Assembly: GCA_051362555.1 (NCBI GenBank)
Contig: CM120640.1
Location: 23,980,225-24,044,224 of the forward strand
Source of the DNA: Lingula anatina
Lineage: Eukaryota; Animalia; Brachiopoda
Direction: 5' to 3'
Length of the DNA: 64,000 bases
Below the pieces are notes generated by a model. It was not told the origin of the DNA. It did no database searches and saw nothing but the letters and a program-made list of their open reading frames with translations. Below are positions 52,270 to 64,000 of the stretch, piece by piece (positions within the stretch are counted from its first letter, which is position 1; each line of letters opens with the position of its first letter). The position numbers and the translations under genes are program-made.

Positions 52270-55060
52270 CATATTGCCGTCACCTGCATCTGTCGTCGTC
52301 ACTGGCACCGTGCACTTTTAGCGTAAACACGATAAGTGGAAGACAGTTTTACCTTTTGGCTTTATATTTACAGAGCTGATGAATATTCATTAAAAGTGGG
52401 TGAATTTCGAAAATTGGCATAATTGGGCCATTATTTTAGCAGTTATGCTGTTTTTTCATTTTTCAGCATATATTCAACACTGTAAACACATTTCAAGGCA
52501 AACCGATACGCCTGTTGTCATGAAACTCACAGGAGTGCTTAATCTTACTAAAGTACAGGTCAAGTTCGAAAATAAACTCGATTGGTTCAGTTTTGATGCA
52601 ATTATGCCTTGTTTTGTTTATAAGTGCTTTTACCTCTGATTCAATTCATAGGCTGCATTCACATCGAGTTGAGCCATGGCTCTACAAAGCCACGTCCTAA
52701 ATATGGCGGATGTACATGAAAGGAAAACCGCTTATCTTTTAATAGTCTTTCCACCCCTCACACGTTTCCCCATGCGTCGTCCCTGCGGGAAACAGTCATT
52801 AAATCTCTGCTCTATTGGGACGACACATGGGGAGGTGAGTGAGAGGCGGAGAGACTATTAAAAGATTAGGCGATTAGTGTCAAAAATGGAAAAAAAGCAA
52901 ATCATTGCAGTTTGTCAGATTTAATCATTTACTATGTTCAGAATCTCTATTGATATTTTCTTTATCTCAACAAAAGTACAGTAAATTAATTGTTTTATGT
53001 AAAAAAAGTGTAAAAATGGAAATAAACCCATTTCAGTACAGTTCTGTCTAATTTACATTTTTTATATTTTTAAGGTGACTTTGAAGTTCAATGGGCCTGA
53101 CCACCTTTGCCACTCACTTTTTATGTACAGACACAGATGTGTCTGTACATATAGCCGTCACCTGCGTCTGTCGCCGCCATTGCCGTTGGCATGCACTTTT
53201 ACCGTAAACACGATAAGTGGAAAACCATTTTACGTTTTGGCTTGAAACTTACAGAACTGATGAATATTCATAATACGCAGGTCAAGTTCCAAAATCAGCA
53301 TGATCGGGCCATATTTAGGAAAGTTATGCTTTTTTTCACTTTTTTCCGCATGTAAGCAACACCATAAACACGATAAGTGAAAAAAATATTTTACCTTTTG
53401 GCTTGAAACTTACAGAACTGATGAATATTCATAATACCCAGGTCAAGTTCGAAAATCAGCATGATCAGGCCAATTTTACAGAAGTTATGCTGTTTTTTTT
53501 TCACTTTTTTCAGCATATATGCAACACCTATAACACATTTTAGGGAAAATTGATTGGCCAATTGTCTTGAAATTCACAGGAGTGATCAATGTTACTGAAA
53601 TACAGATTCAGTTTTGAAAATAAGCTTGATCAGTTAAGTTTTGGTGATGCCTTTTTTTTTTTTTTTTTGTATATAAGTGTTTTTTCCTCAAATTTAATTC
53701 TCAGACATGTTAACAGTCATTTTTGAACTAATTAGATATGTAAAGTTGTTCTTTTGACATTTTCTGCATCTTAACAATATTGTTAGTTGATTATTTAAAA
53801 ATGATGTTTAACCTGTTATTGTGTATTGTGTAATAAAGTGTCAAAAATGGGAAAAAAATCATTCATTATGTTCAGAATCTCAGAATGGAGCAAATTGGAC
53901 ATTTAAAATTTTTCCATTGATATTTTTCTTATGTCAACAATTTTTTAGTTGATCATTTAAAAATGACAGTAAATTGATTATTATGTTTTATGTAAAAAAA
54001 AGTGCTGAAAATGGGAAGAAAATTATTTCAGTACAGTTCTCTCTTGTTTACATTTTGGCATTTTGAAGGTGTGACTCTTAACTTCCATGGCCTCGAAGAC
54101 CTTTTCATGTCACATTTCTGAATATCCATGACACTTTTATTTTATTATTAAAAATTGATGGTCATCATACTGTTAAGAATTATGTAATATTGCATCAAAA
54201 TGTAAAAAAAAAAAACTATTTTGGACACTGATGACCATCAAGGGAAAACCATGTTACTTATGGTACTAACTGAAAAGTGCAGCATGTGTTGGAAAATCAG
54301 TGTGATTGTTTTCTGTTCTGTAAGCAATGCAGTTCTGTAGAGTGCAATATGATGGCACTGTATGGATGGCGGTCAGTATGAAATTGTCCATTGGTTAATC
54401 ACTAATTAAATTAAGGTCTATAAAGTCACTTGCCTAGTTATTAATTATGTACAGACACAGATGTGTCTTTACATATTGCCATCACCTGCGTCTGTCATCG
54501 CCGTCGTCGCCGTCACCGTCGCCGTGCACTTTCCTTGTAAACACGATAAGTGGAGGGCAGTTTTACTTTTTGGCTTTATATTTACAGAGCTGATGAATAT
54601 TCATAAAACGCAGGTCAAGTTAAAAAATCAGCATGATCAGGCCATTACTGTAGAAGTTAAGCTGTTTTTATTATGTACAGACACAGATGTAGTCACCTGC
54701 GTCTGTCGTCGTCGTTGATGTTGCCGTTGCCGTTGGCGTGCACTTTTACCGTAAACACGATAAGCAGAAAACAGTTTTACGGTTTGGCTTGAAACTTACA
54801 GAACTGATGAATATGTATAATACACAGGTCAAGTTTGAAAATCAGCGTGATCGGGCCATTTTTAGGGAAGTTATGCTGTTTTTTTCACTTTTTTCAGCAT
54901 ATATGCAACACCGTAAACACGATAAGTGGAAAATGGTTTTACCTCTTGGTTTGAAACTTACAGAACTGATGAATATTTATAATACGCAGGTCAAGTTTGA
55001 AAATCAGCTTGATTGGGTCATTTTTAGGGAAGTTATGCTTTTTTTTCACATTTTCTGATT
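52270..55060 (+). mobile_element. Cluster of non-autonomous Helentron/HINE (DINE-1/pearl-like) elements with internal ~145-160-bp tandem units
   Basis: Copies at ~52270-52610, ~53118-53650, ~54445-54665, ~54667-55060 (fragment ~58050-58200). Each has a T-rich start, palindrome ATGTACAGACAC-agat-GTGTCTGTACAT (53123-53150), a (GTC/GCC)n microsatellite, then repeats CGTAAACACGATAAGTGG...GAAACTTACAGAACTGATGAAT...GGTCAAGTTCGAAAATCAGC...AGTTATG. Confidence 0.75.
52729..52872. mobile_element. GC-rich imperfect palindromic element (~50-bp arms)
   Basis: ATCTTTTAATAGTCTTTCCACCCCTCACACGTTTCCCCATGCGTCGTCCC mirrors GGGACGACACATGGGGAGGTGAGTGAGAGGCGGAGAGACTATTAAAAGAT. Confidence 0.75.
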
Positions 55061-55450
55061 CAGTTCTTAGGCATGTTAACAGTCCCATTATTGAACTAAT
55101 ACAATATGTGAAAGTGTTTTTTTGACATTTCCTGCATCTTTACAACATTGTTAGCTGATTATGGAAAAATGATGGTAAACTTGTTATCGTGCATTGTGTA
55201 ATGAAGTGTCAAAAATGGAAATAAACACATATCATTGCAGTTTGTCAGATTCAATCATCCACTATGTTCAGAATCTCAGAATGGAGGAAATTGGACATTT
55301 AATACTGTTCTATTGATATTTTTCCCATCTCATCAATTTTCTTAGTTGGTCATATAAAAATGACAGTAAACTGTTAATTTTGTTTTATGTTAAAAAAGTG
55401 TTAAAAATGGAAATAAACCCATTTCAGAAAAGTGCGGTCTTGTTTACATT

Positions 55451-56860
55451 TTGGCATTTTCAAGATGTGACTTTGAAGTTCCATGGGCCTGAAGACCTTT
55501 GCTAGTCACATTTTCTGAATATTCATGATACTAATATTTTATTATTAAAAATTGATGGTCATTATGCTGTTAAACATTATGTAATATTGCATCAAAATTT
55601 GAAGAAACCCCTATTTTGGGCACTGCTCCCATGATGACCATTTAAGGAAAATCATGTCACTTACTGTTCTCAAACTTACAGGAAAGAAACATGGGACTAA
55701 AATACAGCTTCAGTAGTCAATGCAGTCTGTTTGGTAATTTTTTCTGGCAGTTAAACAGTTTTTTTTTGTGAAAATTTAATTTTTCACATATTGGCATTTT
55801 CAAGGTGTGACTTTGAAGTTCCATGATCCTGAAGACCTTTGCTTGTCACGTTTTCTGAATGTCCATGTTACTAATATTCTATTATTAAAAATTGATGGTC
55901 ATTATGCTGTTAAACATTATGTAATATTGCATCAAAATTTGAAGAAACCCCTATTTTGGGCACTGCTCCCATGATGACCATTTAAGGAAAATCATGTCAC
56001 TTACTGTTCTCAAACTTACAGGAAAGAAACATGGGACTAAAATACAGCTTCAGTAGGCAATGCAGTCTGTTTGGTAAATTTTTCTGGCAATTAAACAGTT
56101 TTTTGTGAAAATTTAATTTTTCACATATTGGCATTTTCAAGGTGTGACTTGGAACCTCCACGGGCTTGAAGACCCATGCTAGTCACATTTTCTGAAAATC
56201 CATGATACGTATATTTTATTATTAAAAATTGATGGTCATTATGCTGTTAAGTATTATGTAATGTTGCATCAAAATAGAAGAAAACACAATTTTTGGTGCT
56301 GCTGCCATGATGACCATTATGGGAAAACCGTGTTACTTATGACTGTCAAACTTTCAAAAAAGAAACACAGGACTAAAATGCAGTTGGAAAAGCATTCTCA
56401 TTGGCTTCTTTTTCTGGAAGTTATACATTTTAGTGAAATATTCATTATTATCGTGTTGGCATATTCATTGTGGGACTTGGTAGCTCCCATGGACATGAAG
56501 CCGAATGGTAATCAAATTTTCTAAATGTCCATGCTATTTATAGTCAATAATCAAAAATTGGTGATAATTATTCTATAATTTATTATGTAATGTTACATCA
56601 AAATTGACAAAAATATTTTTGCACTGCTACTGCAAACATTATGAAAAGAAAACTGTGTTACTTATTATTATTTTTAACTTACAAGTATGATTTTTCGGAT
56701 TGGCATGCAGTTCAAATTAGAAAGCCAGGTCAATTGGGTTATCTTTTATTATTGAATTCATGCAATTTTGTGTGAAATTTTCATTTTTCTCATTCTGGCA
56801 CTTTCAAAGTATAAACTTGAACTCTGATGGGCCTGAAGCCTTATGCCTTTACTTTACAAA
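55451..56860. repeat. ~340-bp tandem repeat, two near-identical copies followed by decaying copies
   Basis: Units start TTGGCATTTTCAAG..GTGACTTTGAAGTTCCATG at ~55451, ~55791, ~56128 and, degenerate, ~56795; related copies at ~54055, ~57518 and ~58710. Confidence 0.85.
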
Positions 56861-57194
56861 TTAAAATTTGATGTTGACTGTGCAGTTAAACAATGTATTT
56901 TTGCATCAGAATTGGTAGTCTCCTATTTTGTGCATTATTGTTTTGTGCTTTTCTTAAGATGTGACTTATGGGCCTGAAAGACCTTTGAGAGGGTCAGTCT
57001 GTAAATTTCCCTTGGGTATCACTTAGCTAAGTTTAGAGTTATAAAGTCATTTGCCTAATTAATAGGCCATTAAATGAGATTATATAAAGCACACTTGATG
57101 AAAACTCCCAAAGGTTAAGCTCTCTGCTAGATTAATAATAAGTAAGCAGTGATAATTATGCAGGTAAATTTTGTTTAATATTGCAAATAAGTTT

Positions 57195-57198
<4 letters not shown>

Positions 57199-57232
<34 letters not shown>
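57199..57232. repeat. (AT)n microsatellite
   Basis: Seen directly. Confidence 0.95.
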
Positions 57233-57234
<2 letters not shown>

Positions 57235-57276
57235 AAAAAGATTAAAAGTTTGAATAGCAGCATCATTGGAATTATA

Positions 57277-57482
57277 TTTACCTCTGCCAAGGAGGTTATG
57301 TTTTGACCCCTGTTTGTCTGTCATCAACATCACTCAAAAATTTACGGACCGATTTTGATGAAATTTTCAGGAACTGATTAGTTTTTGGTGGTGGTCCGGA
57401 TCAATAATCAATCAATAATCAATAAAAATCAACAATTGCTGTCTTGGCAGAGGTCTGCGCTCTTGGAATGCTTTTTTAGTTT
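57277..57482 (+). mobile_element. Compact DINE-1/Helentron-type non-autonomous element
   Basis: Sub-terminal inverted repeat ACCTCTGCCAAG (57280-57291) / CTTGGCAGAGGT (57443-57454), 5' short hairpin ACCTC..GAGGT, GTCTGT-type microsatellite, 3' hairpin remnant, T-rich insertion site. Absent from the paralogous block at ~58660-58710. Confidence 0.8.
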
Positions 57483-58420
57483 TGTTATGTTTTCCTTTTT
57501 AATTTTTTCTCAAACTCTGGCATTTGTGACTTTTAACTCTCATCCGCCTGTGGCTCTGCACATTTTCTGTATTTCCACATAAGCAGTTGTATTGTTTTTT
57601 TATGTCTTTAAACATTATGTAATATTATTTTATGCACTGTCATCATTTTTCAAATATTGAGACTTTCATCATGAGAATTTGAACTCTCATGGTCCTGAAA
57701 CTGTAATCTTACCGAAGGGGTGGATTGAGACCATCTTCTGGGTCTTCCAGAAGACGGTCAGGTTATTAAGTTTATATTGACGGGTATCTATTTTTTTTCT
57801 GTTGGAAGACCATAAAAATGGAGGATGGATCAACATAGATACTTTGGAATACTGTCAGAAAATATCTCTGGGTCCGCTCCTGTTATTGACCATGGTACCT
57901 GTTGTGCATGATTAAAATTCAGTTTTGACTGACAGTGCTATTATAAGCATTATTTATTATTGCATCAAAATTGACAAAATTACCTATTTTGCATCTTTAT
58001 TTTCTGTTTTTTGTCTGTACATTTGACAGCTTTGCTTCCTTGTTTCACTTTTTAAGCATATATGCAACACTGTAAATATATTTCAAGGAAAACCGATAAG
58101 ACTGTTGTCATAAAACTCACAGGAGTAATCAATCTTACTAAAACGCAGGTCAAGTTCGAAAATCAGCATGATCGGGCCACTATTTTAATAGTTATGCTTT
58201 TTTAAAAAAACTTTTCAGTATATTTTTCAATTGGCCTTTTAATGACATTACATAAAACACTCGTTGAGATTTCCCTGTAAAGTCCCATAGGTTTAGCTCT
58301 CTTAACTGTGTCACATAATTAGGATTTGGTGATAATTATGCAGGTAAATGTTGTTTAATATTGCAAATTAATTTACAAAAGAAAAAAATGTGTGTTACGC
58401 CAACATTAATGCTATAGATG

Positions 58421-58588
58421 CAGGGGCGGATTCAGAGATATTTTCTGACAGTCTTCCAAATTATCTTTGTTGATCCATTGTTCATTTTTGACCGTCTTCC
58501 AACAGAAAAAATTAGATACCCGTCAATGTAAACTTGAAAATCTGACCGTCTTCCGGAAGACCCAGAAGACGGCCTAAATCCGCCCCTG
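58421..58588. mobile_element. 168-bp MITE with CAGGGG termini and 5-bp TSD (hAT5-like)
   Basis: Perfect 12-bp TIR CAGGGGCGGATT / AATCCGCCCCTG; AGATG duplicated at 58416-58420 and 58589-58593. Oppositely oriented copies at ~57716-57882 (degraded) and ~58913-58964 (truncated by the satellite). Confidence 0.85.
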
Positions 58589-58964
58589 AGATGAATAACA
58601 GTGCCTTATCTATCCTCAAACTCAATGGGGTTATTAATATCATGTTAACACATGTTAACAAGATTGAAAGTTTGAATAGCAGCTTTATTGGAATATTTTT
58701 TTCAAACACTGGCATTTTCAAGATGTGACTTTTTACTCCCATCCATTTCAACGTCTACACATTTTCTGTACTTCCACTTAAGCAGTTGTATAGGTATTTA
58801 TGTCTTTAAACATAATGTAATATTATTTTATGCACTGTTATCATTTTTCAAATATTGTGATTTTCATTATGTGAATTTGAACTCTTGTGGTCCTGAAACT
58901 GTAATCTTATTGCAGGGGCAAATTGAGACCGTCTTCTGAGGCTTCTAGAAGACGTCAGATTTTA

Positions 58965-61900
58965 ATGTCTGGGTGGGGTCGCTCATCATCTTCTTTGTCC
59001 TGTAAAAAGAAATGAAAAACAAGATTAGATTTTTTCAATTTACCCAACCTACAAAACCAAAAAAATTAAATTTACTAACCTTAGCTTGGATCCAAGGGTA
59101 AAGTCCATGTCCGGGTGGGGTCGCTCATCATCTTCTTTGTCCTGTAAAAAGAAATGAAAAATAAAAGATAAGATTTTTTTCAATTTAACCTTCCCACCAC
59201 CCCAGAAAAATGAAATTTACTAACCTTAGATTGGATCCAACAATGTAGTCCATGTCTGGGTGAGGTCGCTCATCATCTTCTTTGTCCTGTAAAAAGAAAT
59301 TAAAAACAAGATTAGATTTTTTCAATTTATTCATCCTACAACCCCAAAAAATGAAATTTACTAACCTTAACTTGGATCCAAGAGTGAAGTCAATGTCCGG
59401 GTGGGGTCGCTCATCATCTTCTTTGTCCTGTAAAAAGAAATGATAAACAAGATTACATTTTTTCAATTTACCCATCCTACAACCCCAAAAAAATTGAATT
59501 TACTAACCTTAGCTTGGATCCAAGAGTGAAGACCATGTCCGGGTGGGGTCGCTCATCAACTTCTTTATCCTGGAAAAAGAAATGTAAAACAAGATTAGAT
59601 TCTTTCAATTTACCCATCCTACAACCCCAAAAGAATAAAATTTACTAACCTTAGATTGGATCCAAGAATGAAGTCCATGTCCGTGTGGGGTTGCTCATCA
59701 TCTTCTTTGTCCTGGAAAAAGAAATGTAAAACAAGATTAGATTCTTTCAATTTACCCATCCTACAACCTCAAAAAAATGAAATTTACAAACCTTAGATTG
59801 GATCCAAGAGTAAAAACCATGTCTGGGTGGGGTCGCTCATCCTTAGTGTGGATCTAAGAGTGTAGTCCATGTCCGTGTGGGGTCGCTCATCATCTTCTTT
59901 ATCCTGTAAAAAGAAATGTAAAACAAGATTAGATTCTTTCAATTTACCCATCCTACAACCCCAAAAAATCAAATTTACTAACCTTAGATTGGATCCAAGA
60001 GTGAAGTCCATGTCTGTGTGGGGTCGCTCATCATCTTCTTTGTCCTGGAAAAAGAAATGAAAAACAAGATTACATTCTTTCGATTTACCAATACCATCAC
60101 CCCAAAAAAATGAAATTTACTAACCTTAGCTTGGATCCAAGAGTGAAGTCCATGTCCGTGTGGGGTCGCTCATCATCTTCTTCGTCCTGTAAAAAGAAAT
60201 GAAAAACAAGATTAGATTTTTTCAATTTACCCATCCTACAACCCCGAAAAAAAGAAATTTACTAACCTTAGCTTGGATCCAAGAGTGAAGTCCATGTCCA
60301 GGTGGGGTTGCTCATCATCTTCTTTGTCCTGTAAAAAGAAATGAAAAACAAAATTAGATTCTTTCAATTTACCCATCCTACAACCCCAAAAGAATAAAAT
60401 TTACTAACCTTAGATTGGATCCAAGAATGAAGTCCATGTCCGTGTGGGGTTGCTCATCATCTTCTTTGTCCTGGAAAAAGAAATGTAAAACAAGATTAGA
60501 TTCTTTCAATTTACCAATACCATCACCTCAAAACAATGAAATTTACTAACCTTAGCTTGGATCCAAGAGCGAAGTCCATGTCCGGGTGGGGTCGCTCATC
60601 ATCTTCTTTGTCCTGGAAAAAGAAATGAAAAACAAGATTAGATTCTTTCAATTTACCCATCCTACAACCTCAAAAAAATGAAATTTACAAACCTTAGATT
60701 GGATCCAAGAGTAAAAACCATGTCTGGGTGGGGTCGCTCATCCTTAGTGTGGATCCAAGAGTGTAGTCCATGTCCGTGTGGGGTCGCTCATCATCTTCTT
60801 TATCCTGTAAAAAGAAATGTAAAACAAGATTAGATTCCTTCAATTTACCCATCCTACAACCCCAAAAAAATAAAATTTACTAACCTTAGATTGGATCCAA
60901 GAGTGAAGTCCATGTTCGTGTGGGGTCGCTCATCATCTTCTTTGTCCTGGAAAAAGAAATGAAAAACAAGATTAGATTCTTTCAATTTACCAATACCATC
61001 ACCCCAAAAAAATGAAATTTACTAACCTTAGCTTGGATCCAAGAGTGAAGTCCATGTCCGTGTGGGGTCGCTCATCATCTTCTTCGTCCTGTAAAAAGAA
61101 ATGAAAAACAAGTTTAGATTTTTTCAATTTACCCATCCTACAACCCCCCAAAAAAGAAATTTACTAACCTTAGCTTGGATCCAAGAGTGAAGTCCATGTC
61201 CGGGTGGGGTTGCTCATCATCTTCTTTGTCCTGTAAAAAGAAATGAAAAACAAAATTAGATTCTTTCAATTTACCCATCCTACAACCCCAAAAGAATAAA
61301 ATTTACTAACCTTAGATTGGATCCAAGAGTGAAGTCCATGTCCGTGTGGGCTCGCTCATCAACTTCTTTATCCTGGAAAAAGAAATTTAAAACAAGATTA
61401 GATTCTTTCAATTTACCCATCCTACAACCCCAAAAGAATAAAATTTACTAACCTTAGATTGGATCCAAGAATGAAGTCCATGTCTGGGTGGGGTCACTCA
61501 TCCTTATTGTGGATCCAAGAGTGTAGTCCATGTCCGTGTGGGGTCGCTCATCATCTTCTTTATCCTGTAAAAAGAAATGTAAAACAAGATTAGATTCTTT
61601 CAATTTACCAATACCATCACCCCAAAAAAATGAAATTTACTAACCTTAGCTTGGATCCAAGAGCGAAGTCCATGTCCGGGTGGGGTCGCTCATCATCTTC
61701 TTTGTCCTGGAAAAAGAAATGAAAAACAAGATTAGATTCTTTCAATTTACCCATCCTACAACCTCAAAAAAATGAAATTTACAAACCTTAGATTGGATCC
61801 AAGAGTAAAGACCATGTCTGGGTGGGGTCACTCATCCTTAGTGTGGATCCAAGAGTGTAGTCCATGTCCGTGTGGGGTTGCTCATCATCTTCTTTATCCT

Positions 61901-64000
61901 GTAAAAAGAAATGTAAAACAAGATTAGATTCCTTCAATTTACCCATCCTACAACCCCAAAAAAATAAAATTTACTAACCTTAGATTGGATCCAAGAGTGA
62001 AGTCCATGTTCGTGTGGGGTCGCTCATCATCTTCTTTGTCCTGGAAAAAGAAATGAAAAACAAGATTAGATTCTTTCAATTTACCAATACCATCACCCCA
62101 AAAAATGAAATTTACTAACCTTAGCTTGGATCCAAGAGTGAAGTCCATGTCCGTGTGGGGTCGCTCATCATCTTCTTCGTCCTGTAAAAAGAAATGAAAA
62201 ACAAGTTTAGATTTTTTCAATTTACCCATCCTACAACCCCCCAAAAAAGAAATTTACTAACCTTAGCTTGGATCCAAGAGTGAAGTCCATGTCCGGGTGG
62301 GGTTGCTCATCATCTTCTTTGTCCTGTAAAAAGAAATGAAAAACAAAATTAGATTCTTTCAATTTACCCATCCTACAACCCTAAAAGAATAAAATTTACT
62401 AACCTTAGATTGGATCCAAGAGTGAAGTCCATGTCCGTGTGGGCTCGCTCATCAACTTCTTTATCCTGGAAAAAGAAATTTAAAACAAGATTAGATTCTT
62501 TCAATTTACCCATCCTACAACCCCAAAAGAATAAAATTTACTAACCTTAGATTGGATCCAAGAATGAAGTCCATGTCTGGGTGGGGTCACTCATCCTTAT
62601 TGTGGATCCAAGAGTGTAGTCCATGTCCGTGTGGGGTCGCTCATCATCTTCTTTATCCTGTAAAAAGAAATGTAAAACAAGATTAGATTCTTTCAATTTA
62701 CCAATACCATCACCCCAAAAAAATTAAATTTACTAACCTTAGCTTGGATCCAAGAGCGAAGTCCATGTCCGGGTGGGGTCGCTCATCATCTTCTTTGTCC
62801 TGGAAAAAGAAATGAAAAACAAGATTAGATTCTTTTAATTTACCCATCCTACAACCCCAAAAAAATAAAATTTACTAACCTTAGATTGGATCCAAGAGTG
62901 AAGTCCATGTCCGTGTGGGGTCACTCATCATCTTCTTTGTCCTGGAAAAAGAAATTAAAAACACGATTAGATTCTTTCAATTTACCAATACCATCACCCC
63001 AAAAAAATTAAATTTACTAACCTTAGCTTGGATCCAAGAGTGAAGTCCATGTCTGGGTGGGGTCGCTCATCATCTTCTTTGTCCTGTAAAAAGAAATGAA
63101 AAACAAGATTAGATTTTTTCCATTTACCCATCCTATAACCCCAAAAAAAATGAAATTAACTAACCTTAGATTGGATCCAAGAGTGAAGTCCATGTCTGGG
63201 TGGGGTCGCTCATCATCTTCTTTGCCCTGGAAAAAGAAATGTAAAACAAGATTAGATTCTTTCAATTTACCCATCCTACAACCTCAAAAAAATGAAATTT
63301 ACCAACCTTAGATTGGATCCAAGAGTAAAGACCATGTCTGGGTAGGGTCGCTCATCCTTAGTGTGGAACCAAGAGTGTAGTCCATGTCCGTGTGGGGTCG
63401 CTCATCATCTTCTTTGACCTGGAAAAAGAAATGTAAAACAAAATTAGATTTCTTCAATTTACCCATCCCAACACCCCCCAAAAAAAGGAAATTTCCTTAC
63501 CTTACATTGGATCCAAGAGTGTAGTCCATGTTTATGTGGGGTCCCTCATCATCTTCTTTGTCCTGTAAAAATAAATGAAAAACAAGATTAGATTCTTTCA
63601 ATTTACCCATCCTACAACCTCAAAAAAATGAAATTTACCAACCTTAGATTGGATCCAAGAGTGAAGTCCATGTCTGGGCAGGGTTGCTCATCATCTTCTT
63701 TGTCCCGTAAAAGGAAATGAAAAACAAGATTAGATTTTTTCAATTTACCCATCCTACAACCCCAAAAAAATGAAATTTACTAACCTTAGCTTGGATCCAA
63801 GAGTGAAGACCATGTCCGGGTGGGGTCCCTCATCATCTCCTTTGTCCTGTAAAAAGAAATGAAAAACAAGATTAGATTTGTTCAATTTACCAATACCATC
63901 ACCTCAAAACAATGAAATTTACTAACCTTAGCTTGGATCCAAGAGCGAAGTCCATGTCCGGGTGGGGTCGCTCATCATCTTCTTTGTCCTGGAAAAAGAA
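58965..64000 (-). repeat. 142-bp tandem satellite (~33 monomers plus six 50-bp short monomers); monomer has exon+intron architecture on the minus strand; continues past the right edge
   Basis: BamHI GGATCC sites at 59088, 59233, 59374, 59516, 59658, 59800 and onward. Short units marked at 59850, 60751, 61511, 61845, 62604, 63365. Confidence 0.97.

Noticed and set aside
58965-64000. CRISPR array or repeat-protein gene
   Set aside because: Eukaryotic context, no unique spacers and no cas genes. The track ORFs are short read-throughs of the repeat, and spliced exons go out of frame.
58965-64000. Tandem spliced-leader RNA genes (donor followed by Sm-like ATTTTTTGG)
   Set aside because: Each unit also has a branch point and acceptor, leaves no room for a promoter and shows no clear SL stem-loops; the T-run length varies freely. 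Only 5'-end transcript data could revive this.

Overview
AT-rich animal genomic DNA with short GT-AG introns. The gene content and transposon types suggest a marine invertebrate, possibly a lophotrochozoan (inference). Left 36.5 kb: about 55 exons of midasin/MDN1 on the minus strand, running off the left edge. Its 5.4-kb intron holds an antisense, intronless-CDS SREB(GPR27/85/173)-like orphan GPCR, and its 4.5-kb intron holds candidate antisense spliced exons. Next is a compact cluster: MDN1 head-to-head with IST1 (+), IST1 tail-to-tail with a 264-aa Trp-rich uncharacterised protein (-), and that gene head-to-head with SEC63 (+). From ~52 kb the sequence is repeat-rich: Helentron/HINE-like elements, MITEs, local duplications and, from ~58965 to the window end, a 142-bp satellite. 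On the minus strand each monomer reads as a 62-nt exon plus an ~80-nt intron with all splice signals. Exon boundaries were read by eye and may be off by a few bases.
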